23,491 nucleotides of DNA from a bacterium (GCA_046757525.1 JBHHYI010000055.1:1-23491), one strand, 5' to 3'; counted from the first letter of the stretch, positions 8,967 to 15,760 are shown. Notes: generated from the letters alone by a model not told the origin. Made by a program: numbers and translations.

Positions 8967-9111
8967 GTTTGGCCTTAAGCGCCCAAGCTCATTTGATCTG
9001 TGCCTCCGGAAGCTTCCGGAAGTGAATCCGTGGCATATCTTAGGTTGCAGCTCTGCCGCGCTAGCCCCTATGCAGTTTTACCTCCCATTGCTTGCACAAA
9101 GGTTCAAAGGA

Positions 9112-9166
9112 GCCTGGAACGCAGATTGTGCCGACTCGACCGATCCGTAACATCTGCGTTCCAGGC
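9112..9166. repeat. Perfect 15-bp inverted repeat, a short relative of the 6437-6592 element
   Basis: GCCTGGAACGCAGAT (9112-9126) and ATCTGCGTTCCAGGC (9152-9166). The ends TGGAACGC(A/G)GATTG and ATCCGTAA...GTTCCA are shared with the 6437 element. Confidence 0.8.
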
Positions 9167-9208
9167 CTTGGCGGCTAATTATTTCCAATCAGGTCACATG
9201 ACCCATCC

Positions 9209-9254
9209 GGTGTTCAGCCTTCAGGCCGCTTAAACAAGTTAAAGCTTGAACACC
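9209..9254. repeat. REP-like inverted dimer immediately downstream of the OB-fold gene
   Basis: GGTGTTCAGCCTTCAGGCCG (9209-9228) and CAAGTTAAAGCTTGAACACC (9235-9254); the outer 8 bp are complementary and each arm is itself palindromic. Confidence 0.65.
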
Positions 9255-9271
9255 TGGGCTTTCGTTTGATC

Positions 9272-11962
9272 CTATTTGAGAAAAATCATCTTCTTCGTGC
9301 CCACAAAATCGCCTGCTTTCAACTCGTAAATATACAGACCTGAAGGCACAGAAATTCCCTTTTCATTTTTGCCGTTCCAGATCACCCGGTGTTCGCCGGC
9401 CGGCTCTTGCTTGTCCACCAACGAACGCACCAGTTGCCCCAGCACGTTGTAGATTCTCAACTGCACCTTCTGCGTCGAGGCCAACTGGTAAAGAATGGTG
9501 GTTTCCGGATTGAAAGGATTCGGGTAATTCTGCTGCAAGGCAAAAGTGCTGGGAACACCATCTGGCCCAAATTCCTCAACATCGGTGACGATCCCCTCAA
9601 AGTCGTCGTTGTTGCGGGGTTGCAGCTTGAAATTGCTGAAAGTAAAATCGAGCACACCGGTAAAGCTGGCGATGGTGGTGCCCAGAGGCAGAAAGTCCGC
9701 CGACGTTGCATCCGTCGTGGTGAAGGTGTACTGACCACTATCGTCAACCCGCAGGGGGCCGCTGCCATCGTCGACCACCCATTCGCCGAAGTTGCTCGGG
9801 GCATCGGGATTAGCGTCGGTTATTTCAACATTCGACAATCTAATCAGCACGCTTTCAAAGCTTTCGGACATGGAACCACCGGTGTTAACGTCGCCAGTGC
9901 TGACATCGGTGGCATCGGGAACCGGATGGCCGGTGCTGATGACCGTTAGCGATTGGATGTTGCCGATTTCCGTGTCACCCCTGAATTCGGTTGCTTTGCC
10001 GGTGACAGAGACGGAGTCGCCGCGGCCGACGTTCACATTCCCGGAACCGGTGAACACTTTGATGCCGTTCCAGGCTCCGGAGCCTTGCTGCAAGATGAAA
10101 TTATTGCCAAAATCTCCGGAATCAGATACCGCAATACCGTTGACGGTTACGGTCAAGCCAAAGTAGCCGGTGGCGTCGCCAAACGGGTTCATCTGCAGAT
10201 CGCTGATTCGAATCCCTTCATCCCGCACGTAATAGAGGAAGCGATCGTTGTCCGGTGCGTCGGTCGGCAACAGAGTCGAGTTGTTGTCGTTGTCGGTAGC
10301 TTTGATGAAATAGGTCACCAGGGAGCCATTGGCTTGCGCCGGAATGGTGGCCATGAAGCTATCGCCAGTGGTCGGGGTCATCGCCATTTCAACCAGACCG
10401 CCGCTGTCGACTTCATAGGACAGGGTGGCGCCCGAAACGGTGCCGTCGCTGTCCGTGATTTCTACAAAAACGTCGACGCTTTGCGTGGAAGTCGGCCCAA
10501 CGGGATCGCGGTTGTGGTCGCTGGCCAGCGGTGGGGCTCCCACACCAACAACGACGTCCGAGGCGGGAAAGCGAGGATTGATGCTATTGGTGCCAAACCT
10601 GGAATCGACATAACCGACAATTGCGTCCAGGGGCGTGCCCACCGGAGGAATCACAAAGGCGGCAGAGGGATCGACATTGCCGGTGCCGCGTGAGTCGTTG
10701 ATGGTGCGCAAGGAATCTGAATCGGCTGAGATGAGAATCTGGTTGCCGTTCTGGTCCTCAACTACCCAACTGCTGAAACTGTCAAAGGCATCGTTCACCA
10801 CCGTAACGTTCTCAACTCTTACCAGGACGGTTTCCCACTTTTCAGCGGTGGCAAAATCGACGGTGTCCTGCGTGGTTCCCCCCAAATCCGCCGGGTCGAT
10901 GAGCACCGGCTGCGGAGGATTGGTGAAACCCAGCAGCTCCGGAGCGTCGATGGGCACGAGCTGGGTTTGGGTGCCGAATTCACCAACCGTACCAGTGACC
11001 TTGACACTGTCACCGACCTGAAACCCCGCCAGGAGGTTTCCATTGGCCCCAAGCGTTATCACATTGATCCCGCTGTATTCCACGCCGCCCGCCACATCCA
11101 TGATGAACATCTTGGCGTCGCCCACGGGCACGCTGCTGGAAAGCCCTGGCGGCGCATAGACCACCCCAACGGTGCTCACGGTGTCTCCTAAAAGAGGCGA
11201 AGCATCGATGGCCACTGCCAACGATTCAGGATCCACCATCTGAATTTCTTGAATGGTGACCTCTGGAAAGGCGCCGGCATGGCCTGTCACTTGCATGTGG
11301 AATTGTGCAAACAAGCCGCCGGTAAAGTTGAAATTGTCGGTTGCAGGCGGCAGCCGGAAGAGATCGGTAATGCCCACACCGCCATCGGAAATGATTGGCC
11401 CGGAATTGCTGTCCATGATCCTATACCCATAGCCAAAGTCGCCGGAGGGCAGGAAGAACGACGCGGAAGAGACATCGACGTCGATAAGAAAACCTTCCGG
11501 ATTACCCGAAGAAGAACCCGGCAATCCGGGTAACGAGAACTGGGCCACCTGGGTGCCATCGCTGCTGTCGTTGGTACCTTCGTAAAAGATGACGTCTATG
11601 TCGACAGTGCCGGTAAGGTCCGTGCTGTAACCGATTTGAAAATGGGTCACCGTACCCCCGGGAAAAATGCCCCAATCCAGGACTTCCTGGGGCGGTGGAA
11701 AGCCGGCAAGCCCTGGTGCAAAAAAACTGCCAGACGAATTGGTGTTGTCAAACAGAGTGTCACTTGCGGCACTTAACTTGGTTAACGGCACAATCGCCTT
11801 GGCGGAATAAAGATAAGTTAAGTGGTTGATGTTGCTGAATTCCCTGGACGCTGTCACATTTTGTGCGAAGACATTGTTACGCTGGGAACTCAACACGAAG
11901 AACCCTACCAATACCATTACGAACACACTGCTTCTTTTCAAACCAGAATACCAAGTACTCAT
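9272..11962 (-). CDS. Secreted protein with two ExeM/NucH/YhcR-like OB-fold pairs, an Ig-like domain and a T9SS type-A/FlgD-Ig CTD (~896 aa)
   Basis: Start moved to the fifth Met of the ORF (GGAGGG-N4-ATG). Unit 1: TIQEIQ..SPLLGDTVSTVGVV..SGINV..VGDSVKVTGTVGEFGTQTQL..EKWETVLVRVENVTV..INPR. Unit 2: ISDLQ..GLTVTVNG..NGIKVF..GDSVSVTGKATEFRGDTEI..ESFESVLIRLSNVEI..LQPR. CTD: FALQQNYPNPFNP..SGLYIYEL..KKMIFLK. Confidence 0.85.
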   Translation of the reverse strand: MSTWYSGLKRSSVFVMVLVGFFVLSSQRNNVFAQNVTASREFSNINHLTYLYSAKAIVPLTKLSAASDTLFDNTNSSGSFFAPGLAGFPPPQEVLDWGIFPGGTVTHFQIGYSTDLTGTVDIDVIFYEGTNDSSDGTQVAQFSLPGLPGSSSGNPEGFLIDVDVSSASFFLPSGDFGYGYRIMDSNSGPIISDGGVGITDLFRLPPATDNFNFTGGLFAQFHMQVTGHAGAFPEVTIQEIQMVDPESLAVAIDASPLLGDTVSTVGVVYAPPGLSSSVPVGDAKMFIMDVAGGVEYSGINVITLGANGNLLAGFQVGDSVKVTGTVGEFGTQTQLVPIDAPELLGFTNPPQPVLIDPADLGGTTQDTVDFATAEKWETVLVRVENVTVVNDAFDSFSSWVVEDQNGNQILISADSDSLRTINDSRGTGNVDPSAAFVIPPVGTPLDAIVGYVDSRFGTNSINPRFPASDVVVGVGAPPLASDHNRDPVGPTSTQSVDVFVEITDSDGTVSGATLSYEVDSGGLVEMAMTPTTGDSFMATIPAQANGSLVTYFIKATDNDNNSTLLPTDAPDNDRFLYYVRDEGIRISDLQMNPFGDATGYFGLTVTVNGIAVSDSGDFGNNFILQQGSGAWNGIKVFTGSGNVNVGRGDSVSVTGKATEFRGDTEIGNIQSLTVISTGHPVPDATDVSTGDVNTGGSMSESFESVLIRLSNVEITDANPDAPSNFGEWVVDDGSGPLRVDDSGQYTFTTTDATSADFLPLGTTIASFTGVLDFTFSNFKLQPRNNDDFEGIVTDVEEFGPDGVPSTFALQQNYPNPFNPETTILYQLASTQKVQLRIYNVLGQLVRSLVDKQEPAGEHRVIWNGKNEKGISVPSGLYIYELKAGDFVGTKKMIFLK

Positions 11963-12023
11963 GTCGCCCTCCATTGTCTTTTGGTTCTTTTACCCTGTTT
12001 ATTAACCCGCTCAGAATGGGCAC

Positions 12024-12038
12024 GATCACCTCCTTTCT
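12024..12038 (-). promoter_or_regulatory. Stand-alone extended Shine-Dalgarno sequence
   Basis: The minus strand reads AGAAAGGAGGTGATC, fully complementary to the canonical 16S 3' tail GAUCACCUCCUUUCU. It lies 61 nt upstream of a start codon that has its own RBS. Confidence 0.7.
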
Positions 12039-12077
12039 GACTAAAAAGTCTTTCGGCTAACCGGGCCGGTCACACTC

Positions 12078-14252
12078 CTATTTAATGACTACAAACTTGC
12101 CGATTTCTTCTTTACCCGTATTTAGGTCTTCCACATGAAAAACGTACAGCCCGGTGGCCAGGGCCTGGTCGTCTTTGGTCACGGTGTCCCAGGCGTGCAG
12201 GCCGCCAGCAAATATGCGTTTGCCAGGAGCAAATTTGTTGAACCATTGAATGTCGTCGCCCTGGTTGGTGTCGGCATGATGCTCGATGGCGTCCACTTCG
12301 TTGCCCGCCAGTGAAAAAATTCGGATGCGACAGTCGCTTGGCAGATTGAAAAAATAGAGTTTGCGTTCGCGTTCCAGACCGCCGTCCCAAACCGCACCGG
12401 CCCGATAGGGATTGGGAAAAACGCCTACCTTCAGACGTTTTTCCTTTTTGCGGCCATCCAGCGGCACCGGTGGCGTTCCCGGAAAAACCCGGGCTGCTGT
12501 CAACAAGGGATCGCTCTCCAGACTCTCCAGATTGTTGACCGGATCGCCAGCGTCGAACGAGGTGATGGCAAAGGCGTACTGCCAGCCGTTGTGGAGATTC
12601 TCAATTTCGAATTTGTAAACATAAAAGGTGGTGTCCTGAAAGGAGGCGCCCGTTAAGGGATCGGTACGTGTCCGAATTTCGTCCTCAAAAAAGATGGGTT
12701 TGGGCATGCGCACAAAATCGAAGCCTGTGTTCAGCCCAATGGCATCGTCACTGCGATCAAAATCGGCGATCAGGCTTAAGGTGCTCAACAAATCACCAAT
12801 GCCTAAGTCGGCCCCTAATTGGGTGCGGTAGAGACGATAGCCTTCGAAGTCCATTTCGCCGCTGAGCGGGTCCACAAATTCTTCGGGCGAATCATCCCAC
12901 AGCAAGGTGACTTTGCTGTTCTCAGGAATCACCTTGAACCTGGGCGGGGGCGGCGAAGCCGGTAAAATGTAACGATCCAATTTGCCGTTCCGATTCAAGT
13001 CCTCGTCTTCGTCCAACAGGTTGTTTTGATTTCGATCTTCGCCGTTGAAGGCTGTCTGCGCCCAAAACGCATTGAGAAACAGATTCTTTTTGCTGCGTTG
13101 AGTATCTTCTTCCATGGGGTCTGGCCCAAATTTTTTGGCTGTAACGATGGCGAAGACGACGTCGATCGACTCCCCCGGGTTGACCACCTCGAAGGGTCCG
13201 GTGGAGAGCAGCATGGTGCGGTTGTTGGGCCCAATCGCCACCGGCAGCGTGCGCCAGTAGTTTGGGCTGTTGGGATCGCTCAAATCGGGCCGGGTGTTGA
13301 ATCCGCGGCTGAGCTTGTCGTAGCGCTGGTCGTCGGTGGTTGGCGAGAAGAAGAACGGGTCGGTATTGTTGCGAAATTGCCACTCGTTGAAGATGGCGCG
13401 CACTGAATCTGCGGCCGGGAACGGGATGCTCCCCAGCAGTCGGACTCCGATGTAGCTCTCCGCAAAACCGTCCTCCCCGTCAAAATCGAATTCATAGGAG
13501 AGGCGCAGAGAATCCACATAGCCATTGGCGTCGTCGCGGAAGTTCCAGGTTCGATTGGGTCCCATGTTGGGCGTTAGCTTGGTATTGCCTACCATCGTGT
13601 CCGTCCACAGCCCCACGTACATTTGTTCGATGGGGTCATCACTGACGTTGGTGATGGTGTAATTCAAAATCACAAACGCATTGGCAAAAGAGAGAGCCCA
13701 GGCATAGCTTTCCTGGTGCACGTCGATGCCCAGAGGTTTGTGCTCAGGAATGAAATCGCCGGTTTCCGGCACTACGGTATTGCGGTCGGTATAATTGGAG
13801 ATGAAGTCCTGATGCGAAACAGCGTCTAAAGAAAAGAATTTGGAATCCAAAAGCGTCGAGCGCTGGATCACCACATCGGTGGGATCGGCGGTGTTGGTAA
13901 ATTCAAATCCTTGCAGCACGTTGGCCACCGAAGAAACATCCACCGCCGCAGTGGACACCAACTTCTCTCCAGCCTTAATCCCACCGACCCACAGGCCGCC
14001 GTCGAACAGGTGTTCTATTCCAGAACCCTTTGGAAATTCACAGGAGGGCTGGCCGGCGATGTTGAAGCCGTGACCGATGGTGCCAAAGTTGGTTATGGTA
14101 AGCTCAATGTTGCCGATGTTGGTGAACTTGCCGTTGTCGTCGATGAACACTTTGCTTAGATTTGCCGCTTGCTCTTGCGCAAACAGCCCAGAGCTCAGGA
14201 GCAGGTTCATCAAAAAGAAAGTAGCAACTGATCGAAAAGGCCGACGTTTCAT
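12078..14252 (-). CDS. Large secreted protein with an Fn3-like domain and a variant T9SS-like CTD (TBDR/PorV-associated family)
   Basis: Signal peptide; N-terminal ITNFG..EFPKGSG..LFDGGLWVGG; DxNxNG-like putative Ca-binding loops (DRNQNN, DLNRNG); Fn3-like PPPP..VTLLWD..DFEGYRLYR; CTD VFPNPY..FFNLP..IRIFSLAG..WD..ATGLYVFHV..GKFVVIK. Confidence 0.82.
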   Translation of the reverse strand: MKRRPFRSVATFFLMNLLLSSGLFAQEQAANLSKVFIDDNGKFTNIGNIELTITNFGTIGHGFNIAGQPSCEFPKGSGIEHLFDGGLWVGGIKAGEKLVSTAAVDVSSVANVLQGFEFTNTADPTDVVIQRSTLLDSKFFSLDAVSHQDFISNYTDRNTVVPETGDFIPEHKPLGIDVHQESYAWALSFANAFVILNYTITNVSDDPIEQMYVGLWTDTMVGNTKLTPNMGPNRTWNFRDDANGYVDSLRLSYEFDFDGEDGFAESYIGVRLLGSIPFPAADSVRAIFNEWQFRNNTDPFFFSPTTDDQRYDKLSRGFNTRPDLSDPNSPNYWRTLPVAIGPNNRTMLLSTGPFEVVNPGESIDVVFAIVTAKKFGPDPMEEDTQRSKKNLFLNAFWAQTAFNGEDRNQNNLLDEDEDLNRNGKLDRYILPASPPPPRFKVIPENSKVTLLWDDSPEEFVDPLSGEMDFEGYRLYRTQLGADLGIGDLLSTLSLIADFDRSDDAIGLNTGFDFVRMPKPIFFEDEIRTRTDPLTGASFQDTTFYVYKFEIENLHNGWQYAFAITSFDAGDPVNNLESLESDPLLTAARVFPGTPPVPLDGRKKEKRLKVGVFPNPYRAGAVWDGGLERERKLYFFNLPSDCRIRIFSLAGNEVDAIEHHADTNQGDDIQWFNKFAPGKRIFAGGLHAWDTVTKDDQALATGLYVFHVEDLNTGKEEIGKFVVIK

Positions 14253-14333
14253 GGATTGAGTTGTTACGTGTTTATGGAATTGAGTAGATTACCTGGACAC
14301 CCTTTTCCTCTAAGAAGAAATTACATCCGAAAC

Positions 14334-14362
14334 AATCTAAAAAACAATTACTATTTTGTCAA
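14334..14362 (-). promoter_or_regulatory. Sigma70-type promoter for the surface locus
   Basis: TTGACA (14362-14357), 17 nt, TAGATT (14339-14334), about 80 nt upstream of the ATG at 14252. Confidence 0.72.
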
Positions 14363-14445
14363 GTGTAATTTCTGGATTTGCTTCTTAAATCTGTTTGAGC
14401 GTGGAATTGCGTGGGCATCTAACCAGTCTAATGCGGCTCTTGAAT

Positions 14446-14472
14446 GACATTCCGCATTCGCTACGGAATCCA
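14446..14472. repeat. Solo ATTCC-Nx-GGAATCCA REP-like hairpin
   Basis: GACATTCCG-N9-CGGAATCCA, the same pattern as 8426-8455. Confidence 0.55.
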
Positions 14473-14508
14473 AACATGTCGCTCAACGTTCAGTTGCCAG
14501 AAGCGGAT

Positions 14509-15021
14509 TTATTCACTGGCTTCGAGTTTGTGGTCAGAATCGCTAACCAATCCGCCGCGCATGATTTTGATGCCGTGGGGAATGGCGGGCAGAATGGTCT
14601 CCAAGTTCTCTCGCACCCCTTTGGGACTGCCGGGCAAATTCACGATCAACGATTTCTCACGCGTCCCGACCACGGCCCGTGACAACAACGCGTGCGGCGT
14701 GCGCTGAAAGCCGGTCATGCGCATGGCTTCTTCGAATCCGGCAACCCGACGTTCGATGACTTCCAGGGTGGCCTCCGGAGTGACGTCGGTAGGGGAGAGG
14801 CCGGTGCCGCCGGTGGTCAGAATCAGGTCGGCTTTTACGACCTCGGCCAGACGTTTCAGATGCCAGACGATCTGGTCTTTGTTGTCCCGAATGACGCGAT
14901 AATCCACCACCTCGCCGTCGATGGTTTTGATGAGTTCTCTGATGGTGGCGCCGCTGGTGTCGGCTTGCTTACCCTGACTGCCGCGGGTGGAGATGGTGAG
15001 GATGGCTACTTTTATGGACAT
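14509..15021 (-). CDS. mog: Molybdopterin adenylyltransferase (MogA/MoaB family)
   Basis: KVAILTIS, DTSG, LILTTGGTGLSPTDVTPEAT, SRAVVG, NLPGSPKG. The family-typical N-terminus begins at the Met at 15021. Confidence 0.92.
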   Translation of the reverse strand: MSIKVAILTISTRGSQGKQADTSGATIRELIKTIDGEVVDYRVIRDNKDQIVWHLKRLAEVVKADLILTTGGTGLSPTDVTPEATLEVIERRVAGFEEAMRMTGFQRTPHALLSRAVVGTREKSLIVNLPGSPKGVRENLETILPAIPHGIKIMRGGLVSDSDHKLEASE

Positions 15022-15057
15022 GGGTTCTTTATTCCCTGAGACGTATCCAGTTATCAT
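15022..15057 (-). pseudogene. Probable 12-codon 5' remnant of a clan AA aspartic protease gene fused in frame to mog
   Basis: ATGA overlap with the upstream gene. MITGYVSGNKEP resembles the MITGxVxxxxE N-terminus of the AF_0612-type proteases that, as I recall, usually follow this upstream gene family. Confidence 0.5.
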
Positions 15058-15320
15058 TGGGGTTCCGTCGACAAGTGCCCGATTCGGTAGGCGGTTGGAA
15101 ATCCGATTCGCAAGCCATACAGAACTGCATCAGGATACTTAGCAAGCATACGTTTTGTTGCGACTAAGTCGTCCGGGTCGATCTCGTATTTGCCCGTTTT
15201 GACGTCAATGACCAAAAACTCGCCTTTATGCCTGGACTCAAGTTTGTTGCGAATCTGTTTCTCATAAATTGCTTCTCCTTTTGAAGAAACCTCGTCAGGC
15301 GTGTAATTTGGATATGGCAT
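15054..15320 (-). CDS. Small DUF5678-like hypothetical protein
   Basis: RBS AAGGAG upstream; pattern GEAIYE..IR..E..HKGEFLVIDVKTGKYEID..A..R..P......RIG. Confidence 0.75.
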   Translation of the reverse strand: MPYPNYTPDEVSSKGEAIYEKQIRNKLESRHKGEFLVIDVKTGKYEIDPDDLVATKRMLAKYPDAVLYGLRIGFPTAYRIGHLSTEPQ

Positions 15321-15457
15321 GGAAGTTTTCTCCTTCTATTCTGAGCCTTTTGGGCCTTTGGGCTTGGGGATAATCCCTTCCGCGACTTTCTTTGATCAGA
15401 GGATGCAAGTTCTTTCGCCGCCGCTTGACAAACTTCAAGCACGTTAAGTTCATGTTT

Positions 15458-15760
15458 CTACAACTTCTCAATTTCAATAATCTCCACCAATATACCCCAT
15501 TGGTGCACACTATTCAAGTCTTTTCTTTTCCGGCCCTCAAATCTTATCCGCAGGCCTTCTTGCTGAAATTTTTCGTCAAGATTGATGGGATCGTAATTGT
15601 TCCCATCGTCGCCCACGATGCCGAAGAACCCCCCTTCTACCTGCACAAGTGCAATCTTGCCCCTGGCATTTACAGTGGAGGAATCGTCGGAACCGAGAAT
15701 ACAGCCGGCGACCAGAAGCGCGGTTGTGAAGAGGCAGGTAAGATAGATACTTTTTTTCAT
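15458..15760 (-). CDS. Small beta-rich lipoprotein of unknown function
   Basis: MKK plus a hydrophobic stretch and lipobox VAG-C; core EGGFFGIVGDDG..YDPINL..F...GLRIRF..WG. Confidence 0.8.
   Translation of the reverse strand: MKKSIYLTCLFTTALLVAGCILGSDDSSTVNARGKIALVQVEGGFFGIVGDDGNNYDPINLDEKFQQEGLRIRFEGRKRKDLNSVHQWGILVEIIEIEKL

Larger units (their letters stand above)
8569..9034. repeat. 466-bp element bounded by long inverted repeats (perfect outer 13 bp)
   Basis: GCCACGGATTCAC (8569-8581) and GTGAATCCGTGGC (9022-9034). After removing the insert at 8594-8765, the arms align without gaps at 31/39 nt. Confidence 0.85.

Noticed and set aside
8959..9233. 63-aa and 77-aa plus-strand ORFs
   Set aside because: They overlap palindromic repeats, with weak starts and no motifs.
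8329..9271. Possible CRISPR array or integron attC cassette array
   Set aside because: No identical direct repeats at regular spacing, no cas or integrase gene, and no cassette ORFs; the repeats are heterogeneous and inverted.
12024..12038. 16S rRNA gene fragment (plus strand GATCACCTCCTTTCT)
   Set aside because: The match is limited to 15 nt with no upstream 16S helix sequence; it is better explained as an SD on the coding strand.
14509..15021. Functional link of mog to the locus via Moco-dependent purine catabolism
   Set aside because: Only adjacency supports it, and the locus has its own promoter downstream of mog.
15341..15369. Short GGGCCTTT-like tandem repeat upstream of the DUF5678-like gene
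   Set aside because: Three degenerate units only; too little to assign.
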